Source: a phage
NCBI GenBank assembly: GCA_021149145.1
Contig: GCA_021149145.1_4322.1
Strand: one strand, 5' to 3'
Length of the DNA: 34,803 nucleotides
Under the pieces are notes generated by a model. It was not told the DNA's origin. It worked only from the letters and a program-made list of their open reading frames with translations, and made no database searches. Position numbers and translations under genes: made by a program. Positions 1 through 9,704 of the stretch are shown in pieces. Position 1 is the first letter of the stretch. The number at the start of each line of letters is the position of its first letter.

Positions 1-184
1 CTTGCTTATCAGCCAGCAGGGTCGAAGCTGAGCTGGTAAATAGCAGGTAATCACCTTTTTTAATATCAGCAGTGCTGGACAAAGTTAAAACAGGAGTAAC
101 AGCATTGGAAATTGCAGTTACGTTAATAGTATTTCCCCTGGAGCCTTCTACGAAGACCCGAGTGCCATTACTAAGATGGGCCAT
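1..184 (-). CDS. Putative major tail protein, N-terminal fragment (continues beyond window start)
   Basis: ATG at 184 with AAGGA RBS; open to position 1 (MAHLSNGTRVFVEGSRGNTINVTAISNAVTPVLTLSS...); position directly after neck/tail-terminator genes. Function from synteny only. Confidence 0.4.
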   Translation of the reverse strand, partial: MAHLSNGTRVFVEGSRGNTINVTAISNAVTPVLTLSSTADIKKGDYLLFTSSASTLLADKQ

Positions 185-195
185 ATATTTTCCTT

Positions 196-594
196 TTAGT
201 CAAGACGAACATAGAAACGAACTGGAATAAACCAGCCAGATTTTGACTTCACTACTGGGTGAACCACGCCGCCCTCATAAATGTAGCCTGTGTCAAGCAT
301 TGTACCATCAGTCATGGATTCTGCCAATTGATTAGCAACCCTCCTTGCACTGTCGACACCATCACCTGGTGAGAAAAAGACGGATACCTGGACCATGCCA
401 ACATAGTACTTACACTTGCGACTCAGGCTGTAGGTTACGGTATCTGCCTCTGTGTAATCGTATTTCAGCCACATACCACCATTATTGGGAGGAGAGAAGG
501 CTACGTTTTCATAGGAAATTGGATACCTGACTGGAAACGTTTTAACCAAATCAGTCACAAACCTCCTTGCTGCTAAGGATAGCTCATACTGCAT
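196..594 (-). CDS. Putative tail terminator / tail-completion protein
   Basis: 132-aa ORF, tightly packed between neck-like gene and tail gene; function by position only. Confidence 0.35.
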   Translation of the reverse strand: MQYELSLAARRFVTDLVKTFPVRYPISYENVAFSPPNNGGMWLKYDYTEADTVTYSLSRKCKYYVGMVQVSVFFSPGDGVDSARRVANQLAESMTDGTMLDTGYIYEGGVVHPVVKSKSGWFIPVRFYVRLD

Positions 595-1040
595 TATCTT
601 TTACTCCTTGCTTCGGCAACTGCCTCTTCGAAGTATCTTCCTAACCTGGTATTCACAACGCCAAGGACACCTGCTGGAGCTTGTCGTGACGCTCCATACT
701 CAAGGTCAGAGGCGTAATCAAGCCTGTTAGTTATGTAGATAACCTTTGTCGCTGGTGAATTAGCCACAGCTCGAGCTTGCCTTGCCAGATACCTTTTTGT
801 ATCTCCACCTGTTTTGTCGTAATCATTCAGAGACTGAGCGGCTGGGGAGTTCGCTGTAATCTGCCAGTTAGCCTTAAACCTACCAGTATCAACAGGCGAT
901 AAATCAACGATGGCGTTAGCAGCCTTAATTACAGTGCCAGAAACAATATCAGAGAAGTTATCATCAGCTCTATCAATCCAATCAGCAATACTATTCGTAA
1001 ATGTAGCCAACCCACCAATATTTCTAGCCATAGGTAGCAA
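594..1040 (-). CDS. Putative neck / tail-completion protein (HK97 gp10-like, from memory)
   Basis: 148 aa; GRFKANW and YASDLEYGASRQAP segments resemble HK97 gp10-type neck proteins as I recall them; start abuts stop of next gene. Confidence 0.4.
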   Translation of the reverse strand: MLPMARNIGGLATFTNSIADWIDRADDNFSDIVSGTVIKAANAIVDLSPVDTGRFKANWQITANSPAAQSLNDYDKTGGDTKRYLARQARAVANSPATKVIYITNRLDYASDLEYGASRQAPAGVLGVVNTRLGRYFEEAVAEARSKR

Positions 1041-1395
1041 CCCTCCTTAGAATTGGTCTGTAAGCCACTATAGTTCCTGTTGGTTTGACTGGCCCCGGGT
1101 CGACTACAGTGTAAGTTTCATCGCCAACTATAATCCTGTAGCCCTGCAAGATTGGGACTTCAGAAGTGAAAATTCCACGCTTGTCACCAAACTGGATATA
1201 TTCGCCATCAATATCTCTGGTTTTAATCTCCCTCACCAGCCCCTTGATTAATACAGTGCCGCCAGCTACAGGAACCTCAACGCCGTCAACAATTTCGACA
1301 CCACCTTTACCAGTATTCATCGTGAATGTACCATCGCCATCACTAAAGATATTGATGCCCGTGCGCATTAATGATTCTACTTGGGAGTAATTCAT
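1024..1395 (-). CDS. Putative head-closure / head-tail joining protein
   Basis: Track ORF 1024..1407; likely start at MNYSQ (1395), adjacent to upstream stop; position in neck block. Confidence 0.4.
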   Translation of the reverse strand: MNYSQVESLMRTGINIFSDGDGTFTMNTGKGGVEIVDGVEVPVAGGTVLIKGLVREIKTRDIDGEYIQFGDKRGIFTSEVPILQGYRIIVGDETYTVVDPGPVKPTGTIVAYRPILRRVATYG

Positions 1396-1787
1396 TGGCA
1401 ACCGCACTCACGCCCAGCGGACGCAATCAAACCAAATCCGCCGCCTTTCTTGCGCAGGAGATTCCAGTAAAGTCGGCCCCACGGCGTAGCTGTCAATGAT
1501 GATTGAGTTTGCGAGGTGGATTCATAGCTGATAGAAAATTCACCGCTCAGGGAGTAACTTGCCACCTTCTTGCCATAATCATCCAGCGACTCATTCTGCT
1601 TAAGCGCGCCATCAAGAAAGGCAATGTGCAGAGTGTATAGCGACAGCGCTTTATAAGCATCATCACCAAACTTACTGGTGCAGATGTATAGCTTAGCTAA
1701 CTCAAGCCATACGTCCAGCGTTTCATCTGGAATATTCTTAAGAGCAGGAACCAGCGACTTCATAAAGGCTAATGCTTGTTCGTTCAT
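1392..1787 (-). CDS. Putative head-tail connector/adaptor (gp6-like)
   Basis: Track ORF 1392..1802; second ATG (MNEQALAFMK) has GGAGG RBS 5 nt upstream; position after capsid gene. Confidence 0.4.
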   Translation of the reverse strand: MNEQALAFMKSLVPALKNIPDETLDVWLELAKLYICTSKFGDDAYKALSLYTLHIAFLDGALKQNESLDDYGKKVASYSLSGEFSISYESTSQTQSSLTATPWGRLYWNLLRKKGGGFGLIASAGRECGCQ

Positions 1788-1828
1788 AAAACCTCCATAC
1801 AAAAACGGACGCCTAAGCGCCCATTTGG

Positions 1829-2074
1829 TTATTTATACTCCTGACCAGTCTGAGCTTCGTCAATGGTCTTCGGTTTTTTGCGCTTAGATTTTGATTTAAC
1901 CTCTGCGATAATCTCTTTGGTTGCCTTCGCGTCTCCATCAACCTGCAAGCGACCTTCTGCAATGAGGCTTTTAAGTCCAGCGTTGATTTCCTCAACCTCA
2001 ATGAATTCACCTGGCATGTAATTCACTCCACGAAAGGTAATCATGCACGCGCCAGTGTGTTCTAAACGAATCAT
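1829..2074 (-). CDS. Hypothetical protein (81 aa)
   Basis: AAGGAGAG RBS 8 nt upstream of ATG; Lys-rich C-terminus; sits between capsid terminator and connector gene. Confidence 0.5.
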   Translation of the reverse strand: MIRLEHTGACMITFRGVNYMPGEFIEVEEINAGLKSLIAEGRLQVDGDAKATKEIIAEVKSKSKRKKPKTIDEAQTGQEYK

Positions 2075-2138
2075 TTATTGCTCTCCTTTTATTAATTGAT
2101 GATTGATTATAACCCATCATATAATTTTGGTACAGGCG

Positions 2139-2161
2139 AAAAAAAGCCCTCCGTAGAGGGC
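2139..2161 (-). terminator. Rho-independent terminator after major capsid gene
   Basis: GCCCTC-CGTA-GAGGGC hairpin with A7 on plus strand (T-run on minus). Confidence 0.75.
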
Positions 2162-2167
2162 GATTTA

Positions 2168-3112
2168 TTAGGGGTAGGTAATGCCCTTCAGTACTGATAC
2201 AGTTAGCGGCCTATAGATGATCAAGCCCGTCGCTTTAGAGGTTACCGGGTACTTGAAATGCAAATCCTTCGGCTGGCCAGGTAGCACGTTCGTCACTTCC
2301 GGAATCTCAATACTCAGGTTGAGCGGATTTTTTTCAAATGCCAGTGCAGCTTTGTTATTAGCACCGTCGTAGTTATCCAGGCATTGCAGATAACGCAGAG
2401 TGATGCCGGAGTTATTGGTTGCAAACAACTGCGCGTAGCTGATAGAGGTGTTCGGCACCAGTTCTTGCATCAGGCGGCGAGCGGAAGCAGGCAGCAGGAT
2501 ATCAGTCGCGGTGTGAGCACCATTGGTAGCTGTTTCGATAGCATCGATAAGCGCTGTGATATCAGTCATAGCAGTAGCCGCGGAGCCCCAAACATCAGTA
2601 GCAACAACCTGGTTAACGTTCGGCGCATCGAATACGCTAGGAATGCCGTGCGGTGCAGAGCCAGACCATACCAGTTTATCGAGCAGGTTGTCATGAGCTT
2701 CAAAAGCCAAAGCCTGTTTACGAGCTGACAGTGACTGACCAGTTGCTGCGCCAGCTTTGATTTCGTCGGTGGAAATAAGGAACGCGTTACCAAAACGGAA
2801 AACTTTGCCTTGCTTCTCGGTCATGAACGCATCAACCAGCGGAAGGTCATCAGAGTAATCAGCGATAATCTGTGCGATTGCCGTTCCGTCAAACTCAGGG
2901 TACTCAAAATACTTTGCATGGGCCGGGATTTCGTTAGTTACTGGGAAGATATTAACTACGGAGTTTTCCGGATATTCTGCTTCGTACGCACGCGCCAGGT
3001 TGGCGGTCAACTGCTTGACGGTCCAGATACCAGCAGCATCAGCTTTATCTACACCCATTTGCTCAAGGTGAGCGGTGATTTTTGCTTGTTCTGCATCAAA
3101 TTTAATGGCCAT
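2168..3112 (-). CDS. Major capsid protein
   Basis: 314 aa; follows scaffold and decoration-like genes; followed by a rho-independent terminator, the usual arrangement for a highly expressed capsid gene. Assigned by synteny and size. Confidence 0.7.
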   Translation of the reverse strand: MAIKFDAEQAKITAHLEQMGVDKADAAGIWTVKQLTANLARAYEAEYPENSVVNIFPVTNEIPAHAKYFEYPEFDGTAIAQIIADYSDDLPLVDAFMTEKQGKVFRFGNAFLISTDEIKAGAATGQSLSARKQALAFEAHDNLLDKLVWSGSAPHGIPSVFDAPNVNQVVATDVWGSAATAMTDITALIDAIETATNGAHTATDILLPASARRLMQELVPNTSISYAQLFATNNSGITLRYLQCLDNYDGANNKAALAFEKNPLNLSIEIPEVTNVLPGQPKDLHFKYPVTSKATGLIIYRPLTVSVLKGITYP

Positions 3113-3211
3113 TCTTGTTTATTCCTTTTCGGTTAGGTATGTACGAGTCAATTATACACGAGTTTATGGCTGTTACAATAACATCATACATGAGGCTTAA
3201 ATCTGCCTGGC

Positions 3212-3233
3212 AAAATACACAAAAAAAACCTCC
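3212..3233 (-). terminator. Rho-independent terminator between decoration-like and capsid genes
   Basis: CCTCC-CGAA-GGAGG hairpin preceded on plus strand by A8. Confidence 0.7.
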
Positions 3234-3263
3234 CGAAGGAGGCTTGTTTAATTAATGATAATC

Positions 3264-3758
3264 TTACTTCTGCTTAACCTGAACTTCTACCAGAGGACCA
3301 TCAACGCCACCATCTTGAGCTGACATTGCGCCAACTGCGGTTGCTTTGGGAATGAATCCGCCAGCGAATGTCCAGCCAGTTGCCACGCCGCCAGCTGCGG
3401 CTGCAACAACTACGCCAGTTGAATTCACAAAAACGGCGTCACCGAAGCTTGGCGCTGCTTCAAGGTTAGTGCGCATCCAGATTCGGCCAGCGGTCATTAC
3501 GTTAACAGCCTCTTTCACTTTAGCGGTGCCACCTGGAGTCTCGTAATGAGAACGAACAACTACGCCACAAGCCGAGTTTGCAGTAATACCAGTTGCAACA
3601 ACGGTTTTGTGACCATCAGATAACAATTCTGGCGTAGATACTCTAACAGCTACACCAACAGGAATTTCAGTGGCACCGCCAACTACACACGCGCCATCGA
3701 TATTATACAGGGAGGTATCAGATACCATACCAGCCAGAGCTACAGAACGAATTGCCAT
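3264..3758 (-). CDS. Putative head decoration / auxiliary capsid protein
   Basis: 164 aa, Gly/Ala/Val/Thr-rich; between scaffold and capsid genes; own terminator downstream. Confidence 0.35.
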   Translation of the reverse strand: MAIRSVALAGMVSDTSLYNIDGACVVGGATEIPVGVAVRVSTPELLSDGHKTVVATGITANSACGVVVRSHYETPGGTAKVKEAVNVMTAGRIWMRTNLEAAPSFGDAVFVNSTGVVVAAAAGGVATGWTFAGGFIPKATAVGAMSAQDGGVDGPLVEVQVKQK

Positions 3759-3769
3759 TATCTATCTCC

Positions 3770-4891
3770 TTACTTTTTAATTTTTGCTAAACGAGCGCGC
3801 GGGTCTAATTTCTTAGGTGAGTCGGCAGCATCAGATTTGTCGGAAGCTGCGGTTGCCTTGCGAACTTCAGCCATTTTATCAGAATCTTTGGCAATGTCGA
3901 ACGCTGCATCGATGTATGCGTCGGACTTCTCGGAAACATCAAGGCCGGAAACTTCTTTAACGTATAATACCTTAATGCCTTTAGCATCCAGGCCATCAGT
4001 CTTAACACCAGCTTCAGTGGCTACAGTAACCAGAGCGGCAAGTGCTTCAGCGTCAGCTTTGGCAGCTTTGACTGCTTTCTCGATTTCAGCTGGCATTGCG
4101 TCTACTTTGGCTTTCAGTGCGTCACGCTCAGCTTCGATGGAATCAACCTTAGCTTTCTGTGCTTCAACAGCGGAGTTAATTTTGGAGATGTGGTCTGCAA
4201 CCTCTTTAGACACCTCAACTTCAACAGAGTCAATCTTAATCTTAACTGTCATTTTGTTTTCCTTAGTATTTAAATCAACGTTGTCAGTATACGGGTTTTC
4301 TTGCTGCCCGTCCATATTTAGCTTAGCAATTCCAGCCCTACCCCTGAAGACCATAGCTAAATGGTTTACCTTAATGTCTCTCTGGATTGCGTCGAACTCT
4401 TGCCAGTCAGGGGGTATATCCAAACCCTGCGTGTTGTCAGTCCTAAGAATGTACTTACCAGTTGCCGGGTCGCCCCAACCTGGAGTTTCATCAAGAACTG
4501 CCGAGTAACCTACAGATAATTCCTTAGCGTTACCTGAGCGAGCCTCGTCAATAGCCTCTTGAGAGTATACGACAATTGGCGCAATTACCGTACTTCCTAA
4601 AGCCTCAGCTTTACCAGTTACCGAGCCGACCACTACGTCTTTAGCGTTATCGGAGTTTACAAAGACGTGGTCAAGAGTCATTGGCTTACCCTGGTAACTG
4701 GCTAGCGACTCCTCTTTGAAGACTTCTTCTGCTGGCCTGAACTCTCGAACAGTCGAACCGTCCTCTGTGAAATAAACCTGCACACCAACCCTTGCTACTA
4801 CTGGCGTATCGACGAGAAAACCATTCTCGTCAATGGTGGCTTTGAATGTTGCTGTATCAAAGCGATTCTTATACACCCCAATTCTCCTCAC
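3770..4891 (-). CDS. Putative scaffolding protein (possible N-terminal protease-like domain)
   Basis: 373 aa; C-terminal third is Ala/Lys/Glu-rich and coiled-coil-like (KAKVDSIEAERDALKAKVDAMPAEIEKAVKAAKADAEALAAL); between minor head protein and capsid. Confidence 0.5.
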   Translation of the reverse strand: MRRIGVYKNRFDTATFKATIDENGFLVDTPVVARVGVQVYFTEDGSTVREFRPAEEVFKEESLASYQGKPMTLDHVFVNSDNAKDVVVGSVTGKAEALGSTVIAPIVVYSQEAIDEARSGNAKELSVGYSAVLDETPGWGDPATGKYILRTDNTQGLDIPPDWQEFDAIQRDIKVNHLAMVFRGRAGIAKLNMDGQQENPYTDNVDLNTKENKMTVKIKIDSVEVEVSKEVADHISKINSAVEAQKAKVDSIEAERDALKAKVDAMPAEIEKAVKAAKADAEALAALVTVATEAGVKTDGLDAKGIKVLYVKEVSGLDVSEKSDAYIDAAFDIAKDSDKMAEVRKATAASDKSDAADSPKKLDPRARLAKIKK

Positions 4892-4924
4892 TAAAATCCA
4901 TCGAATTCATCTTTCATCCTCATG

Positions 4925-5653
4925 TTATGACTCCCAATCCGGCACAGCCCAACAACGACAGCCGTATTCCTGACCAGGGAAGAGATCGTTACCGCCCAAC
5001 CTGAAGCTTAGGCCCTCTTTCTTGAAATGGGTCATTCGCTCCCTTTCATCAAGCATGCCGTGCCAAATGTAATGGGTAACACCAGCATCCTCTAGCCTCC
5101 TGCGCATGAACGTAGAGTTAATACTGGACGTGATGCCTGAGGCTATATTAGCAGTTCTCTTGCGGTAAATCTTGTACCTTTCGTTAATCTTAAGGTAGTC
5201 ACCACTCTGTATGATTGATGCAGACTGAATAAAGTCGTCCTTGATATTGTTGAGTAACTTTTCAACGGACTTATTTGATGTGTAAAGCCACTGGTTTAAA
5301 TCCGGCTGATACCAATCTTCATCTCCATTTATACCGTTAAGTCTCAAGTCCATAACTGACTGGACCGAGCCGCCACCGGTCTTGATTGCCAGCACAAGAA
5401 ACTGCGATGAATTATACCTGTATATTGACGCTCCAATTGCCGGAAGTGTAGCTACAACAGAAGCTATAAGCGCTGCTATGATTGCGTCGAGGTAATTATC
5501 TTCCTGCTCTAGCTCCTCGGCAGTGTCAATCTTAAGCCGCGTAGCTGATTCTTTCATTGCAGATATTAGCTCAGTTACCGCAACGCTAAGGTTGCGGTTT
5601 ACCTGATTCTCAATTGTCTGCGGGTACTTCCAGCGGGTCTTCACTGGTTTCAT
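4925..5653 (-). CDS. Minor head protein (Mu F / SPP1 gp7-like)
   Basis: 242 aa; directly downstream of portal; C-terminal GCRCW cysteine motif typical of Mu F-like head morphogenesis proteins. Confidence 0.6.
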   Translation of the reverse strand: MKPVKTRWKYPQTIENQVNRNLSVAVTELISAMKESATRLKIDTAEELEQEDNYLDAIIAALIASVVATLPAIGASIYRYNSSQFLVLAIKTGGGSVQSVMDLRLNGINGDEDWYQPDLNQWLYTSNKSVEKLLNNIKDDFIQSASIIQSGDYLKINERYKIYRKRTANIASGITSSINSTFMRRRLEDAGVTHYIWHGMLDERERMTHFKKEGLSFRLGGNDLFPGQEYGCRCWAVPDWES

Positions 5654-6887
5654 TGATTGTTACCTCTGTCTCAATTGAACCTTCACCAATCTTAACCTCA
5701 GGGGCTAATGCGCGCAAGGTATCTCGTGCTTCGTCTGCATCCATCACGCCGTTAGTGATAAGAGCAGTAATTGAATCAACGTTATTCTTCAGTGTTTCAG
5801 CGCGGTCTTTCTTCGATTCCTGAGCTAGAGGGTTAAACTCAACTGACCATTCTTGCTTGGTTGTGATGAACGGGATTAAGAACCCAAGAACTGGAAGTAG
5901 CTCTTCGTTACGCTTGCGGTCAACCAACTTATGGAATGTCTCTAGCGCTGTGTTTTGGCTAGATGATAACCCGCCAACGTTACGACCTTTGAGAATGACT
6001 TCATGGATACCACTCAGAGCAACAATTCTGTCGAACTTCTTATCGAGGAATCCATCAATCCCACCAATATCCGAGTTAAGAACGCTGTACTCTTCAGCTT
6101 CAGCGTCGATACCAATCGCGCGACCAACGCCAGAGTTATCATCAACCTGGGCAAGCCTCAACCTGGCCGCACCAAAACCTTCCGCGTCGTCACACAGTTC
6201 AGCAAGGCCTTTAGCCTTCCACACCGCCTGCTGCTTGCGGCGCAATAACTGAGTTGCCAGTTTCTCACACGTCTGATAATCCCTGATTGATTCAAGCAGG
6301 TCAGGAACCAGAACGCTAGCACCCCACCCGTCATTACCGCGACGCAATGAACTAGGAATCTTCTCGCCATCCATAATGTGAATTCGCGAGTAGTGCACAT
6401 CATAAAACATGGCGCCACCTTCTGGCGTGATGCGGTACGTTAATGGCTTACCGAATCGCACATTGCGAGGGTTTTCCTCCCTAGTCTGAACTCTTACCTG
6501 GCTACGCTCATAAACGCGAAGTGATTCAAGTTCCGCACCTTCACGTACCGGGCTAGTTAGCGCACGATTGTCCTTAACGATAGCCACAATTGCAGAGCCG
6601 CCAAATAACCTCGACCATGACCATGCGTCAGAGATTGACTCGTTAACCCTCAGGTAATCCCACCTGGACCAGAATTCACCTTCGTCATCAATACCATCGA
6701 TATGGAAACCTGCAGCGATTGCTGTCTCCGGTATGGTGTCGACGATGCGGCGTACAATTGAGTTTGATGCGTACAGTGAATCAGCGAAAGGAGGTGTAAG
6801 ATACGTGTTGCCAAAGTGCCCGTAAATCTCGCTACCATCACTGGGGCCACCAAGAAATTGCGTGGCGTATGAATCTGCTTTTACCAT
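5610..6887 (-). CDS. Portal protein
   Basis: 425 aa; canonical position between large terminase and Mu F-like gene. Confidence 0.7.
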   Translation of the reverse strand: MVKADSYATQFLGGPSDGSEIYGHFGNTYLTPPFADSLYASNSIVRRIVDTIPETAIAAGFHIDGIDDEGEFWSRWDYLRVNESISDAWSWSRLFGGSAIVAIVKDNRALTSPVREGAELESLRVYERSQVRVQTREENPRNVRFGKPLTYRITPEGGAMFYDVHYSRIHIMDGEKIPSSLRRGNDGWGASVLVPDLLESIRDYQTCEKLATQLLRRKQQAVWKAKGLAELCDDAEGFGAARLRLAQVDDNSGVGRAIGIDAEAEEYSVLNSDIGGIDGFLDKKFDRIVALSGIHEVILKGRNVGGLSSSQNTALETFHKLVDRKRNEELLPVLGFLIPFITTKQEWSVEFNPLAQESKKDRAETLKNNVDSITALITNGVMDADEARDTLRALAPEVKIGEGSIETEVTINETSEDPLEVPADN

Positions 6888-6902
6888 TTTATTTGCTCCA
6901 AT

Positions 6903-6923
6903 AAAAAAGCCCCATTTAGGGGC
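6903..6923 (-). terminator. Rho-independent terminator after the 117-aa moron
   Basis: GCCCC-ATTTA-GGGGC with A6 on plus strand. Confidence 0.7.
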
Positions 6924-6946
6924 TTAGTTTAGCATAGCTTTTATGG

Positions 6947-7300
6947 TTACTCGAATTTTACTTCGAACTCGATTGATGATGTTTTCACTCCATTAAGTGT
7001 TAACTGGCGAACCTCCCTTCTGACTTCATAAAATACCTCTTTAGTTACTATGTCTTTGTTGATGAAGTATTTAATCCCAGCCTTTTCAACTTTAAAATTA
7101 TCACCTTTAACGACAAAATCGGTAGGCTCTATAACTTCGAAATCATAAACACTAAGATTAATTACGCCCAAATAGCCTTTATCATCCTTAACTTTGACGT
7201 ATTCATTATTACTTCCAGGCGTTCTTGATAAGTCATAAATCTTACCAACGGTAAAATCAAAATAACCAGCTTTTTTATACCCTTTAAATACTGCTTTCAT
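6947..7300 (-). CDS. Hypothetical protein (117 aa), moron-like insert between terminase and portal
   Basis: Lys-rich, AT-rich codons unlike neighbours; own motif-type promoter (7330-7374), GAGAGGAG RBS and own terminator (6903-6923). Confidence 0.55.
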   Translation of the reverse strand: MKAVFKGYKKAGYFDFTVGKIYDLSRTPGSNNEYVKVKDDKGYLGVINLSVYDFEVIEPTDFVVKGDNFKVEKAGIKYFINKDIVTKEVFYEVRREVRQLTLNGVKTSSIEFEVKFE

Positions 7301-7329
7301 TTTTTACTCCTCTCGTTTGCGTGAAGTAA

Positions 7330-7374
7330 CTATAAGCCACCCTTGGCGGCGCGTCTTTAGCAAAACGTGCTATT
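7330..7374 (-). promoter_or_regulatory. Motif-type promoter for the moron ORF
   Basis: Minus strand AATAGCACGTTTTGCTAAA, 22-23 nt, TTATAG/TATAGT, leader ...CGCAAACGAGAGGAG; the element's TAG is the large terminase stop codon. Confidence 0.4.
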
Positions 7375-8989
7375 TGATGCCAGCGAGGCGCATCATCCTC
7401 GATTTAGGGTCTTCTGCAATGTTCAGTACCAGGTTGACAGCCATTGTCAAACAGTCTATCTGGTCATCGTGAACATGTGAATCATCTGCCGTGAATGCCG
7501 CAATCTCCGTTAGCAAGCCATTAAGCCAAGTAGCAGACTCCGGAAGGATTACGTTACCAGCTTTAATCTGCGGCAATGCACTCATTACGCGAGTCAGCTT
7601 ATCGTTATCCGGAACGTACGGCTCGATAGGCGTTCGCATAACCCTTCCGGCTGATTGAATCAGGCCAATACCAGAGGCTTTCTTCTCGATGATGATTTTA
7701 CGAAGGATGCCATCTATCTGATTGGATGCCCTAGCCATCTTCTCGAAATCCAATAACTCAGCCTCGAGCTCAGGAGCTTCAAATTTACCGCGCCGCTGGT
7801 CAAGAAGATAAATCTTCCCATCCTTATAACCCCATAGCTGCATGACGCTAAAGTCGCTGTAACTTTTGGTTGTCATCGCAGTATCAAGGACCATAAACCT
7901 GTAATCGTACTTAGCTGGCGGTCGCAGAGTGTCGCTAATGCGTTGAAGCCAGTCTACGTTAATCAGGTTGCCGCCAAGTGCTACTGGTTCTTGCTGATAC
8001 TGGCTAAGGAATGTATAGCTATCAGAATCCCACATTGCAACCAGGTCGTGAACAGACTCCTTGCCAGGGAAATAGCTATAGTACCTAACACCATCACGCT
8101 CAATATATTCGCTTGATAGAACGTCATCAATGAATTGCTGCTTAATCCAGTCAGGAAGCGTGTCGACGTAATCCTCAGTTACGAGCGCCGGTATCTTAAT
8201 CAAGTCGAAGCTAATACCCATACCGCCATTCATCATGAACCACGTACTATCGTTCACATGAAGGCGCTGTTGGATAGAGATAATCGGCGTCGCCTTTCCT
8301 TTTACGGAGCTCGCCCTACGAGAGCGTATTGTATTCTTTAGCATCATGTGATTGTTAGCGCGAAAAACAGCAGAAAGCATGTCGGCTGGTTTGTCAAAAT
8401 CATCTAACAGTACCGCACCACTATACGAATCGGTTATATATCCACCCCTCGCGCCTGTAATTTGGCCGCCAGTGGCTTTAGAGATTGACTCAAACCTGAC
8501 CTTGCCATAGTCATCCAGGACCTGTAGCTCATCATCCTTACACGTACCAAACTTACATGGGAACAACTCCTGGAACTCAACAGACTTAATTAAGTCGCGC
8601 ACACGCTTGGAGTTACGCTTAACCAGTGAGTCAGCATACGATATATTCAGGTTCCTTACCTTTCTCAACTTAACCATTGAGTAGGCTGGGAAGTGAATTG
8701 AGGCAATCTCTGTTTTTCCGCTACCAGGTGCTATGTTGATGATGGTATCTTTACGCTCACCCGCAATAATCTCATCAATGATTCTGCAAAGGTATTTATG
8801 ATGCCAGTTTGGGATGTACCGCTCTCCCTGAGTTATCTGGAACCACACTCGCAAGAATCCCTCGAAGCTATGAGTGGATATCGCCTTAACCGCCATCTTT
8901 TCTGCTGGCGTCATTTCCTCCCAAACTAAATTAGCCATAATTTCACCAATCCAACCATCACGCCAATTAAGAATCCAGTTGTGAAGCAT
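7370..8989 (-). CDS. Terminase large subunit
   Basis: 539 aa; Walker A-like NIAPGSGKTEI near N-terminus; C-terminal nuclease-like region (RFMVLDTAMTT...); follows small subunit. Confidence 0.85.
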   Translation of the reverse strand: MLHNWILNWRDGWIGEIMANLVWEEMTPAEKMAVKAISTHSFEGFLRVWFQITQGERYIPNWHHKYLCRIIDEIIAGERKDTIINIAPGSGKTEIASIHFPAYSMVKLRKVRNLNISYADSLVKRNSKRVRDLIKSVEFQELFPCKFGTCKDDELQVLDDYGKVRFESISKATGGQITGARGGYITDSYSGAVLLDDFDKPADMLSAVFRANNHMMLKNTIRSRRASSVKGKATPIISIQQRLHVNDSTWFMMNGGMGISFDLIKIPALVTEDYVDTLPDWIKQQFIDDVLSSEYIERDGVRYYSYFPGKESVHDLVAMWDSDSYTFLSQYQQEPVALGGNLINVDWLQRISDTLRPPAKYDYRFMVLDTAMTTKSYSDFSVMQLWGYKDGKIYLLDQRRGKFEAPELEAELLDFEKMARASNQIDGILRKIIIEKKASGIGLIQSAGRVMRTPIEPYVPDNDKLTRVMSALPQIKAGNVILPESATWLNGLLTEIAAFTADDSHVHDDQIDCLTMAVNLVLNIAEDPKSRMMRLAGIK

Positions 8990-9056
8990 GTAGCTGCTAT
9001 CATGTAATACGCCAATAATGCCTTAATCAATTATATCATACCAACCCGCCATGTTC

Positions 9057-9581
9057 TTACAGTTTGCTAATCACAGACTCCAGGGCTTCCTTCATCGTTT
9101 CGACGTCGTTAGCAGAAGAGTTATTGCTTATAGTGATCTCCTGCGGTTTGTCGATTCCAAGCTCCTTGGAAATCATGCCAGGGTTAACAATGCCAGATGC
9201 TGCAAGCTGGTATTTCTGCTCGCGAATCACGGAATCAATGAATGCAATCACCTCATCATAACCAGCCGACTTCCTCCATTTCTCGATGGCGCCATGGGTG
9301 ACACCGCAGTAAAGGCAGAATCCGGTTAGCGTGAAGACTCTTGGTTTGTGCACCAGGCTCTCTTTTACCACACCCTGGAAGCTGGCTGTCTCGATTGCAT
9401 TGATTGCCTGGTCCTCAGCCCATGAGAAGTATTTCACGGCGAATTCAAATAGCTGTTCGGGTGTCATGCTTCTGTTTTTGGCTAGCGTTGTAATGTCTGA
9501 GTACTTTTTATTGTACATGGCTTTAAAGTTGCCAGAGCGGACCTTTTCTTGCGCCTGACTGGTGAAGTTTTCGTCTTTCAT
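9057..9581 (-). CDS. Terminase small subunit
   Basis: 174 aa immediately upstream of large terminase; AAAGGAGG RBS; TGATATAAT extended -10 upstream. Confidence 0.65.
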   Translation of the reverse strand: MKDENFTSQAQEKVRSGNFKAMYNKKYSDITTLAKNRSMTPEQLFEFAVKYFSWAEDQAINAIETASFQGVVKESLVHKPRVFTLTGFCLYCGVTHGAIEKWRKSAGYDEVIAFIDSVIREQKYQLAASGIVNPGMISKELGIDKPQEITISNNSSANDVETMKEALESVISKL

Positions 9582-9608
9582 TTTGTTACCTCCTTTGTTT
9601 AGAGATGC

Positions 9609-9617
9609 ATTATATCA
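9609..9617 (-). promoter_or_regulatory. Extended -10 element (TGnTATAAT) upstream of terminase small subunit
   Basis: Minus-strand TGATATAAT ~25 nt upstream of the ATG, directly after a terminator hairpin. Confidence 0.4.
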
Positions 9618-9628
9618 TATAGCAAACG

Positions 9629-9651
9629 AAAAAAGCCCTCAAGAATAGGGC
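9629..9651 (-). terminator. Rho-independent terminator upstream of terminase promoter
   Basis: GCCCT-(7-nt loop)-AGGGC with A6 on plus strand. Confidence 0.55.
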
Positions 9652-9704
9652 GAAGTATCGAACAACAACGAGAGATATGAAACAAACAGAGAGTAGAACT
9701 TCTT

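Noticed and set aside
3837-4508. 223-aa plus-strand ORF inside the scaffold gene
   Set aside because: Antisense shadow of a well-supported minus-strand gene; Ser/Ala-rich low-complexity translation, no RBS.
5857-6252. Plus-strand ORFs (131 aa, 81 aa, 69 aa) inside the portal gene
   Set aside because: Antisense to a long, syntenically supported gene; no translation signals.
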